Program-made: the position numbers and the translations under genes
The notes under the pieces: model-generated
What the model was told of the DNA's origin: nothing
Databases searched by the model: none
The model's input: the letters and a program-made list of their open reading frames with translations, nothing else
Part shown: positions 24,311 through 34,599 of the stretch, in pieces
How positions within the stretch are numbered: the stretch's first letter is position 1
How the letters are laid out: every line of letters begins with the position of its first letter
Assembly: GCF_000485595.1 (NCBI RefSeq)
Contig: NW_014577070.1
Coordinates: 287,697-322,295, forward strand
Source: Priapulus caudatus
Taxonomy: Eukaryota
DNA: 34,599 nt
Reading direction: 5' to 3'

Positions 24311-27300
24311 CTGCGAGCCGTCGCATAGCGATGCAAGAAATGAAATGAGAGAGAAGACACGAGCAGGAGATGAGCAGATAGATAGACAGACGGACGAACG
24401 GACGGACGGACAGACCGGCGGACGAACGGACGGACAAACGGATAGACGAATGAACGTCCGAACAGACGACGTACATACCCATGCCCTCTCGGTCGCACGC
24501 ACGCTCGCTCGCTCGTACGCACGCACGCACGCACGCACATACGCACGCACACACTCTTGACGTATATGTAGCGGAGGTGTCTGATTCATACATCGAGAAG
24601 CACTACAGGTAAAGTCTGTGGTTATTCATCAATTATAGATTATATAATTATTATTCACTCGTGTTGCTTTCATATATATAATTAGTGTTGCCGATATATA
24701 ACAGCGATAGTTAAGTGAAACTGATGGAAATACTGTCGGGCGCAAGCTGACATGAAAACCCAAGAACACGTCGGCAAGAAAATGTACTCTATATCCACCC
24801 TACAATAAATATTTTATATAGAACTGTATATGCTGTGTAGGCTTACATATTCAGGAGAAATCACTAACAAATACCACACTAACACTAACAACGCCACTCA
24901 CCACCAACTACGTGGAACAACCACCAAACAAAAATTAAAAAACGTTCCAAAATCATGCGAACGCCATTCAACGTCGATAGAAACTGCGAGAGTCTAGCTT
25001 CAAGGTAAGATCAATACCATCGTAAACACAGTCAACTATATACCATGGACCACAAAGCCAGTAATTAAAAGGAAACAAGGGCAGCAAAAACACCGACTCT
25101 GAATAAAGTTGGTCAAAAAATCCAAAAGACAATCAAGCCGAAAAACATGAGCCATGCGCGGGTGCGTAATCCGTGGCTGTTCGTTTAGCGCATTCATTGT
25201 TCCTGAATTCCAGCTATCTCACAAACATTATTAAGCCTGTAAAAATAAAAACCAGTTCCAGTGTGTATGTTATTTTGATGCGCGTTGCCTAGCACTGATA
25301 TGCATTACAAATGGTTGTAATGGATAATGGATATAGGCTCGGTGTGTCAAGTGAATACTCTCTATGTAGTAATTGCCGTCTAAAAGCTTGCTATCCCCGA
25401 GCGCGTGATGTAATTCGATAGCCAGGTCATGAGCCATTTCTTTGATCCTGCTGATTCGCTATTAGAAGTACGATACTAGCAGCTGAGTCTGAATCCAATT
25501 TATCGCCTTTCCAGTGCACCTGAAAAAGACGCGATTACCAGCAGCCTAACCGAGTCGGAATCGAATAGTCAGCTGCAAATTATTGAACCACAACTGACCT
25601 AGCTCACTGACCAAGACAAATGTTATTTCCACCTATGTTCACTCCCGTCGGTAATCGTCAAGCCAACGTACGTTGGATTCGTAAACGATTCTAGAGTCAA
25701 AGATTAACAAACAATTGAAATCTAGATGAAAATGTAGATACGTAGCCAAAGCCTACACTAAAAGAGCGTGTTAATTTTCTCTTCATTTGCCTTTGCCTTT
25801 TCCCTTCACCTTCACCTTATACACAGCACTCTCCACGACTCGATAGCCCTATTAGGGACGCACTACGCAACACGCTCGCCTCTTGGATCAATCTCCATTG
25901 TGGTAAATGAGTTTAGTAGCAAAACGTAAAAAACGCGCAGTTGCGCACTCGCTGGCCAGAATTACGCCGGCACACACAGGCTTGTGAAATATGCGATCCG
26001 GCAATTTTGAAGTTCACTTGAGATGGTTTGTCTTTATTTGGAACTTATTGAACTGTTGATATATCACAATCAACGCATTCTATCACTGCGAATAGAAGTT
26101 TAACTTGATTATTCCCGCTCGAAAGTGATCTCTCTAGCTTATTCGTACGGGAACGCCCCACGGCATCCAAGATAAAAGATAAACCCAGTATGAATGATGA
26201 TTATCATTATAAATGCTATATCACTGGTTGTTAATTGTGTTGAAAGTAGCTTCATACGCTGAGATACACTTAATCATCTACTTGGCAGTGATAAAGGAAA
26301 ATAGTAGATATTACAATGCACAAGCTCCCATTTCTATAACCATTTTTCCGTAAAAAATTGAATGACGTTACTTCTATAGGACATGCGCCACCGTGAAATA
26401 AATACATTGGCAGCAATGACATACATTCGACAGAAATGTCGCAACAATGGCTTCTACATTCCGCGGAACCCTGACGGTCGTCATAACGATGTTACCTGTG
26501 GGCTGCATCGCAGGTATCGATGAGGCAGTAATGACCGACAGACCTCCCAGAAGAAATCCGATCCACATGGAGGGGAATAGCCGCAGATATACACCGACCT
26601 CAGACCGGCGAGCTCTGCTGTAGGCTTTAATAATACGAGCGACAACGTCACATTTACGATACGTACTACATATAATTATTATCAGCAACAATACGTCCAG
26701 CAAGGCGTTGACAATCTTATGTATAACGACTTTTTACGAATACTAGGGATCGGTATGGACAAATGGAAGCGTCACCAAGTACGAATTCACTGGTGGCGTA
26801 TTCTGGAAGGAACCATTAGGAAAATGTCAGGAAACATTAACCTTTGATTCAATTCCCTATCATTTCCACCAATCAGAGTGTGCCCTGTTACAAAAGGCAG
26901 GGTTATTAGATTTGCTTCCCGTTTTTATCCTGCGCAAAATCGACAAGGAACCAGGAGGTGAAGCAGGATGCCAACAGGTACATCCTACATTTAACCACCC
27001 TAGTTAAAATTGCTACATGCAGGTAGTAGAGCTGTATTCATATAGCGACCGTTTGGTAACGCCCAGGTTAGGTTAATTTTAGTGATAGCATCTGAATTAT
27101 CACATATATATAATATACATCACATATTGATAAAACGACAATGTAAAAATTGACAACAATGTATCTACAATGAAATCCCTCCTGTCTGGAGTTTCATTAA
27201 AACGTGCCTACAACACGCAACTGCCGTCAATATACCCGGCAAGCATACATGCATACAACGCAAACAAAAAACCACTGAATAGAAAAGAGCACCTGGTCTC

Positions 27301-27700
27301 TGCTACTGGCCGTCATACGCGTGCCCGATAGCGGCGTAACAGGTGGCACTGTCTTCGCTTTCTTCCTGGCGCTCTTGAGAAATTCGTTGAAGAAAGCCAG
27401 CGGCTTTTCGCGAACGACGCGCGGGTGGGTCTTCACGAGCATGACGGCGGAGTTCACCGTCGAGATGTGCTTCGTCAGCCAGTAGAGACCCTCGCTGTAC
27501 GACATACGCTCCGTGTCGCCATTGTTGATGTCGCGCTCCCGATTCAGCGACGGCGACGGCGAGCGACGACTACGACGATGGCTGGCGGGGGCAGGCGACA
27601 GTCGTGTGGCGGAGAGCGACGACAGCAGCGTTCCGTTAGCCTGCGTGGGCAAGTGTCGCGCAGCGCTTCTCTTACTCTCACCTCTAACTGAAGACGACAT
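23516..27700 (-). CDS. Uncharacterised protein with a divergent TIR-like (TIR_2/SARM-type) domain; probable exons ~27700/27687-~27300, possible microexon 26802-26776, 26617-26496, 24310-23516
   Basis: GC-rich, coding-like segments with splice signals. The spliced peptide SVYICGY...PQ|VTAPRD...QQARVFLLLLSEHTLANGLCTAL...RRPIRGVR fits the TIR strand/helix pattern. 5' exon boundaries are unresolved. Confidence 0.65.
26496..26617 (-). CDS. Internal exon of the TIR-like gene (ELAGLRSVYICGY...RCSPQ)
   Basis: cctacag acceptor; CAG|GTAAC donor in phase 0 matches the terminal exon. Frame differs from the ORF-track call. Confidence 0.6.
27293..27700 (-). CDS. Upstream exon of the TIR-like gene (Ser/Arg-rich, then a helical segment)
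   Basis: Long GC-rich open frame. Start is either ATG 27700 or acceptor tcttcag (exon from 27687). Donor is either at 27293 (phase 0) or 27319 (phase 1). Confidence 0.6.
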
Positions 27701-28236
27701 GAGCGTAGATATATATATATATATATATATAGATATATATATATATATATGTTAAACCTCTTGTAAAGCCCTGAGATTTCAAGGTCGTGTGGCTCAGAAA
27801 AAAAAACACCGATAAAGCTAATCACGTAGTCATAGGTCTAAGTTTAGTTAAAATCGAAGTCTCAAGTTAAAATCGATATGCCTGAGATCGGTAACTCGGC
27901 TGACTGGCGCTGACGTCTGGTCTTGTTCAGATGCTAACGCAGCTGCCCTATAGTCGAGTTGAGCAGCAGTATCTGCGGAGAGCCTTGAGCGCTTTATGTG
28001 CCTCGCGCTGCTATTTCAATCAGTCTGTGCGGTGCACGGGGCGTCTTGTGTAGCATGAGCACGGCAATGACCGCGCGTCGTGACGCGATGAGGACGAACT
28101 GCGAGTGACGCCGCGTGTAGAAGGCTAAGTAAAATAACCGGGTTTCGATCGCGTAGCCAATTAGGACCACCTGGCCGAATAAGACTGCCGCTGAGATGTC
28201 TGAATAGCACGCGAGGTAGCCTTACACGCATGCACC

Positions 28237-28695
28237 GCGCGCTGATTATTATTTCTCCGCTACCGTTAACGCTTCAGCGCTCGCTATGCGCGTACTTGGG
28301 AATGATATTGGTCTATGGTTAGGTTTAGTGGTATAAGTCCATGTGTTAGGTGTTAGGGTTAGGGTTATAGCCAAGATTAGGTTAGGCGTTAGGGTTAGGG
28401 TTCTTAGCTCATCTAAATCTCAAATCATGAATTTATTTCCAATGCGGTTATTCGGAATCGGCTGCCATCCAGCCGCCCATCTTTGTCTCGTTAAGTATAG
28501 AAACAGCGTATACTACTGCCCCTCAAAGAAACGGCGTCTTGCTGCGATAGAAAGGCATGTAAACACATATCTTCAATTATTTGTGATGTATCGAGTACAT
28601 AGTGTTTAGGGGACTGTTGAGCTGTGACGCAAGCATTTCCAATACGCTCCCGAGGCGCTGACGCTGTTAACCGGTACGGAAAAAATATCGCGCAC
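28237..28695. mobile_element. Degenerate TIR element containing TTAGGG-like repeats
   Basis: Imperfect ~45-bp inverted ends around decayed TTAGGG units (28316-28401); no clear TSD. Confidence 0.4.
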
Positions 28696-28948
28696 GCGCG
28701 CAGCCAACGCGTAGGTGGGCCATGTTTCATGAACCAAAGTTGGTTCGTGACTACGTCTAGTGGCTATCTACCGCCATTATGATTAGCGTTTCTGTACTAT
28801 ACACTGTCGTATATCAAGATAACCGGTCGCGTTTATTGTTAGTGTTAGGGTTAGGGTTAGGGTTAGGTTTTTTGATCATATGGAACCTAAACCTGACCCA
28901 CCCTAATCTAACACTAGTGTTCCTGCCAGTTGCCGCAGTCACTCTCCC

Positions 28949-29170
28949 CAAGGGGCGGATGCATGGATTTTTGTCTAGGAGGTGGGGTGCAGGTGGGTAT
29001 AAGGGCACTTTGAGATTTCTGTTAAGGGCAACTGATAGCGGCGGCTTGCGCGCCGCTTCTTGTGCGCGAGGACTGCGCGGCAGTCTCGGTGCGAATGGAA
29101 CCGGTGGGAGTTCGTGTGGGGACCTTCCCTCAGAAAATTTTTTTAAAAAATCAGATCACCTAATTTAATC
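28949..29170 (+). mobile_element. Possible hAT-type MITE fragment
   Basis: AGGGGCGGATGCATGGATTTT start and CCCTCAGAAAATTTT motif resemble common invertebrate non-autonomous hAT elements; other end not found. Confidence 0.3.
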
Positions 29171-29963
29171 TCTNCCGAAAAATCCGTGAAAAACCCCTCA
29201 ATTCGTCAATCTTCACACAATGTCAGCACTCACTGTACAGTGCTGCCACACACAGAAAAACCTAGGACTATTTCTTGCCCTCACCTCATGATCTCATCAA
29301 CTGCTGGTATTGTGAAACCGAAACCGAAACAAATACTAAAACAGAGCATAACCAGGCCCCGTTCAGAGGTACTACTCACTCTGAGTTCAGAGTTTCAGTT
29401 GAGATGCTACGATCTCAGAATGCATTGTCCCATTCCAAAGCTATGCATTCTCTGATTCAATAGAAAAATTTCTCAATTTCAATGTGCATTGTTGCGCGCC
29501 AAGCATTCACTAGACAATATCCAGTCGACACAGACCCCACTCGCTGGCCTGTCTCTATCTATACTATATATGGAATTTCTTTTATTCGTTGTACGATCTC
29601 ACAATCGATAGCTGTACGTGGGGAGCTCAACAGTTCGATACGCCAGGAATCTCGACATATTTGCACCAGAGAATAACACGAAAAACATTGTTTATCAAGA
29701 GGCTTTCAAATGAAAAGTCCAACCCATTTGTACATGCTGTTATATAACTTTTTGTCATTTACACCATATTACTATTATGTCCCAGGGATTCTAAGTTGGG
29801 TTGTGCTGTCATATAAATGTCATATGTAACAGTTTTTTCCCATGCTTATTATCTTATTAGACTGATTTCTAAATATTGATATTGTGTGCAATGTTATTGT
29901 CGATTCTTACCCAATGTTCCTATTGTGTCCCATTATTAGTAGTATGAATTAGTAGCACGATTT

Positions 29964-29992
29964 TACCCAGCGCAGCGGGTACCCGCAGCTAG
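29964..29992 (+). mobile_element. Helitron-like 3' terminus
   Basis: GC-rich hairpin TACCCAGCGCAGCGGGTA followed within about 10 nt by CTAG|T. Confidence 0.4.
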
Positions 29993-30005
29993 TGTCTTAA
30001 TATAC

Positions 30006-30805
30006 TTGTCTAGTGGTCATCAGTGCGTAATATTAAAGAAATAATAGGTCCATTGATTATGCAATGTTGACGAGTGCTAGAGTAACTGGCACCTTGTGTA
30101 GTTAATAAGTACATTACCTTATAGCCAAACGCGTATTAGTTTGTCCAATATCACTGCTGGTTACTAAGAAATGTCTGATTGAAAATCCGCAGTCCAAGAA
30201 ATCAGTTGACCGAGTTAATTGTTTACAGTTTCCATGCAGTTTCAAACCGCATGCGGCCCGTTGTGATAGATTATAGTGCACCGCGGACATTTTCGTACGC
30301 ATGCTCGGCCGTACGCAATGCTATCATCAGTGATTTCGTAAACACGGACGCTCGTGATAAGGAACTTTTGTCAGGCCTGTCCATGTGCGTTCCGTGATTA
30401 GTACGTGTTTTTACTCCATTTCCATGTTTAGTCGTGTCCGTGGTTACACCGCCTGACACCTCCATTTCATCTGGCGTCCAAAACAATACGGGCCCGCACA
30501 AAATGTTTACGTTCATCGGCGACTTATCGCTTGACTCCTGGATGACATTTACGGCACGTAAATTAATATCAACAACCGATTTCAAGTCTTGCTTGTAATG
30601 TAACCAGCAGTGATATTGGACAAACTAATACGCGTTAGGCTATAAGGTTACGTACTTATTAACTACTCAAGGTGCCAGTTACTCTAGCATTCGTCAACAT
30701 TGCATAATCAATGGACCTATTATTCCTTTAAAGTTGTATTTTCGAAGCTATAATATAGCTTCGAAAATACAACTTTTATATTACGCACTGATGACCACTA
30801 GACAA
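30006..30805. mobile_element. MITE with ~160-bp terminal inverted repeats
   Basis: 30006-30163 is the reverse complement of 30600-30805, apart from a 43-bp insert in the right arm. TSD is ambiguous (TA or CTAG). Confidence 0.8.
30732..30774. mobile_element. 43-bp perfect hairpin micro-insertion at a TTAA site
   Basis: 21-bp perfect arms with a 1-nt loop; flanks TTAA/TTTA; absent from the equivalent site in the left TIR. Confidence 0.8.
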
Positions 30806-31314
30806 ACAAAAATCAGCATATGAAACCAACTCCTCAACAGTGCATGCACAGTCGCACAGTCGCGCATACGCTATAGACATGGATCAACCAGCTGGCACGG
30901 AAATAATAACATTCAGTGAAAGGAAATGCTTTTAGATTTTTATATAGCTATCAACAGGCCTCTGAAATTTGCATAGCAATTCTGATAGGACGAAATTACG
31001 AGAAATTCGAAGGAAAATGCATAAATTTTCCCGCACTAATTGCGCGTATCCTGTTGAAGTCGTCCTGCGGATTAACATCTGGGTTCCAGACGCCTCACTG
31101 AGATAAAATGCTCTTCTGCAAATGCGTTGCTGTTGGAAGACGCTGACGTCGGTAAAATCACACGTCACAGCAATGATTTGCTCGAGTCGGGAATTCGATC
31201 GTTAGCAAGTTTTCACCGAATGATGACGAAATTATTCTCGGCATAATAAGTCGGTGACTATTCCGTAAGCCAATAACAAATAAAATAGTTATACTAGTTC
31301 ACGCATCTGCGCCG

Positions 31315-31534
31315 TTGGGCTGCTTATAGGCCTGCGTTAAAAAACGCAAACCATAGAAAAAGTTAAGTGTGAAAGTTGGGGCTGCTTATTGGCTGTTTAT
31401 TTGCCTGTGTTAAAAACCACATGCCAAAAAAGTTAAAAGTGAAAGTTGGGGCTGCTTATTGACTGCTTATTTGCCTGGGTTAAAAAACACAAGCCAAAAA
31501 AGTTAAACGTGTGAAAGTTGAGGCTGCTTATTGG
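31315..31534 (+). repeat. ~70-bp tandem repeat, about 3 copies
   Basis: GAAAGTTG(G/A)GGCTGCTTATT recurs at 31371, 31441 and about 31513. Confidence 0.85.
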
Positions 31535-31799
31535 ATGTGCGTGTGAGCACATATTTATTACATTTCTAACAGAGTTGTACGAGGCGACGAGATCTATCAC
31601 CGTATATAAGACTAGGAATGGCCTCCCATATGTTAGACTGGTACGATGTGGTACTTACTACATTAATATTCATTACAATGTCAATAACAAATTACAGCGA
31701 GACGTTCTGAAATTTCATCCAGATGAGACGGGATACTAGAGAAGCGTTGCCGAAAGGAGGTGTTGATCCGAAGCGCTGAGCGCAGACCTTGCTAGGCTA

Positions 31800-32100
31800 T
31801 AGGCAGAAGGCAAAAGGCTATTTTTCTACAGAAAATATTGAAAGGAACAACAATAATCGTAACAAACTATGGCACACTCGAAAAAGTATGGCTATCATAT
31901 GAACAATAAAGCAAAGAATAACTGTGGTGAGGTAGCTTTAAAATTTTAAACATTAGAGGTACTAAGAAATAATTTGAAAGTTTGCCCTGTAAAAGGTCTC
32001 CCCAAAGAAGAGGTCTTAAACGTATACTTAATAACATAAACGCAGATAAGGCTACAGGGTTAGATAGCATACCAGGTTAATTTATAAAACATTGGTATCG
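31800..32100 (+). mobile_element. Decayed CR1/L2-type LINE ORF2 fragment
   Basis: Frameshifted peptides NIERNNNNRNKLWHT and LNNINADKATGLDSIP match the region upstream of RT in these LINEs. Confidence 0.6.
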
Positions 32101-33405
32101 CATTGGAGATCGTTTTTCTAGGTGCTTGGATATAGCGAGACGAGTTAATCATAGATGACTAGTTAGAAAAGGAGTCATGTTTTGAACATAAACATTGTTC
32201 CAAAGCAGCCATTGTGAACTCAAAATGGTAAGAATATATTGTAACATAATTATTTGATATCTCAAGCTTATTATGAGCTATAATATTTATAGAAATTTAA
32301 TAGTTATGATATTGTAAAAATCCTCCAAACTTCAAATGTCCTGTTTTCGTGATTTTATGGACTTTTTGCTCACGTGACTACGATGGCTAACATGAGATGT
32401 GCAGCCACATATATTACTTTGAAATGGCAAGTGAATAAACATGTTCTAACTTATGGAAAACGTCAAGAGGATGCAACAGTCACTTCATGTTTCAGTAATC
32501 TGGTATAAATGAATAGATGAAATAGACGGTATATAGGGTAGGTAGGTATGGGTAGGTAGGTATGAGGAACTTGTTAATAAGTAATGAAGCTAATAGAGTA
32601 GAAGTCATTCATGTTTAGCTATTCCGAAGATGTGGATCTCATCTGATGGAAAGTAGATCTTTGCTGCTTTNNNNNNNNNNNNNNNNNNNNNNNNATGGAT
32701 GCAATATGGATGGATATCGATTAAATGTCGCAACCTATATGCCCATCGCAATATGCACAAATCCACTCTGTTCTGCTATATATATATATATGCTGTAACT
32801 ATGACGTCATAATCGGAAACATGAGAACATCACATTGGTTTCCTAAGATGGATATGGCAAGTTCAAGCGCAAGTCACGATTGCAGGGGTTACAGCTAGAC
32901 TGGTACCCACCTTGACTCCGCCAAGTATCCTTGGCTACAATGAACTCAGTCAGTGTAGCGTGTCGAACTGTCGTGCGGGTGCCAGTCTAGCTTAGCCGCC
33001 GAAGCCGTGTCCAGAAAAACTACGGGCAAATGCTCAGTGCGCGATCTATCGCTCGCAATATGTTCTAAAATAATGTCAGGGCATGAAACAGCAAAAATGG
33101 TAAATCGGTTTTCTACAGAAAAACGACGCGCGCCGAGCAGCAAACCAACAATTACGACCATTTGTAGGAAATGTCTACCTACGTGCATAGTGAAAAGGCT
33201 TGCGGAATCGCCAGAACGGCTCAATTGAGCAATTATCCACCAGTCTTGGTATACAGTAAACCTGAGAAGATTTACTCCAATCGAATGCAGCGTATTTGTG
33301 TTAGTGTGCCGCTCTGCGGCGTTGTTCGTGCTTCGCGCGAGATCCGGGCTGCCAATTGTCAAGCTAAGTAATTTGACCGTAAATGGTTTTTATAATAGCA
33401 CTAAT

Positions 33406-33722
33406 GCAGATGGGGTCGTTGTCGTATCAGGTACTACAGATATGTACCCGACTCCCGAGGTAGTGTTAGGTTGTTTAGTATTATGTTTATATTTTTATAT
33501 AAGGTATGTTTAGGGTTAGGGTTAAGGTTAGGGTTAGGGTTAGGGCTAGGGTTAGGGTTAGGGTTAGGGTTAGGGTTAGGGTTAGGGCTAGGGTTAGGGT
33601 TAGGGTTAGGGTTAGGGTTAGGATACACTTCTGTAGTACAAGTCTGGTACACTTTGTGTATACATATATATGTACCTCGGGTACATATATGTAGTACCTG
33701 ATACGACAACGACCCCTTCAGC
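33406..33722. mobile_element. Mutator-like MITE with 9-bp TSD enclosing (TTAGGG)n
   Basis: Perfect TSD AGCACTAAT (33397-33405, 33723-33731); about 45-bp TIRs starting with G; telomere-type array inside. Confidence 0.85.
33509..33622 (+). repeat. Interstitial telomere-type (TTAGGG)n array, about 19 units
   Basis: Direct reading, with a few variant units. Confidence 0.95.
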
Positions 33723-34384
33723 AGCACTAATAGCCCATGCATTTCGAAGGTGATCGGGTCAGTTGGTAATAAGCGAATCTTTGCAGTTGCACACAGCAAA
33801 ATCGACCGGCAAGCTGATAACAAACAGTCTAATGACGTTTTCTAAGTCAGCCCCCTCAACGGTCCGTTACTATTACTTACTCACCCAATTTTTACTAACC
33901 AGCCGCAGCTATACACATTTTCCACGAAGGTGTGACGTCACCATGACTTCATGCTAAGCTGTCTTAATTGGATAGGTTAAGTTAACTAACACAACTACAA
34001 ATTCCATTGAAAAATTTTGAAATTAGCGCTATCAAACATGAGAATCAATATCAAAATGCATTGTAGCCTGGGAACAACGAAGTCCGCCCAGCAATAATAA
34101 CTAGAGGCGGACGCGTATTTGAATATTATTCAAGTCAGACTATAACTTTCTGCAAATTAAAACGGCCGTGCGAATTTTAAACAGTAAGCCTATATAAATG
34201 CAAATTAAAGGCTTTCGTTATCAATGCAAACGTGGGACGAGATCGATTTGAGAAAGTATCATAAGTATTCAAGTTACTGCTCGCACGGCAATATTGCAAA
34301 ACAAGTGCCGCAGAGCGACAGCGCTCACCTGACGGCAGGTGTTCTGATGCTAAACTCAGGGGCAAACGAATCAAGAGCACCCTC

Positions 34385-34555
34385 CCATCGCCGCGTTCGC
34401 TCTCCCTCGTTGTCTCTCATTCTTTCTCTTTCGCTCTTTTGCTCTTGCTATCTCTTCCCTTCGCGCTCTCTCTCTACCTCTCTCTCTCCCTCAGACTCTC
34501 TCCCTCCCTCTCTCTCACCCTCAGACTCTCTCCCTCTCTCTCTCGCTCGATCAGA

Positions 34556-34599
<44 letters not shown>
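34385..34599 (+). repeat. (TC)n-rich microsatellite
   Basis: Direct reading. Confidence 0.95.

Noticed and set aside
24311..24589. N-terminal 92 aa of the 357-aa minus-strand ORF
   Set aside because: Intronic (GCAC/GACG)n microsatellite and polypyrimidine tract upstream of the acceptor at 24311
26374..26703. 109-aa hydrophobic ORF suggesting a membrane protein
   Set aside because: Overlaps the better-supported exon 26617-26496 in another frame; its phase does not join the terminal exon
28728..28749. 22-bp hairpin CATGAACCAA-AG-TTGGTTCGTG
   Set aside because: No flanking duplication and too short to separate from chance
33434..33823. (PN)n, (LG)n and (RV)n ORFs, or a true chromosome end
   Set aside because: Translations of TTAGGG; the array is internal and bounded by TIRs and a TSD

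Overview
Eukaryotic (invertebrate-like) draft-assembly window with 5 N-gaps and several indel-noisy patches. Most of the ORF track is microsatellite noise. Manual splicing supports three intron-containing genes. (1) A + strand, 3-exon secreted Gly/Tyr-rich protein (6965-10469, 208 aa) whose intron 2 is filled by a 31-bp minisatellite that repeats the splice donor. (2) A + strand, 6-exon protein (13490-20666, 295 aa) with a signal peptide and GPI-type tail. It matches the coral skeletal aspartic acid-rich protein (SAARP/CARP4) core but lacks long Asp tracts. (3) A - strand gene (about 27700 to 23516) with a divergent TIR-like domain lacking the NADase glutamate; its 5' structure is uncertain. 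Introns and intergenic DNA hold RTE-type and CR1/L2-type LINE relics, several palindromic MITEs (one with a 9-bp TSD enclosing (TTAGGG)n), and 37-63 bp hairpin micro-insertions with target-site duplications. Two of those are shown to be insertions by an internal empty-site comparison. Family assignments come from motif recall, not database searches.
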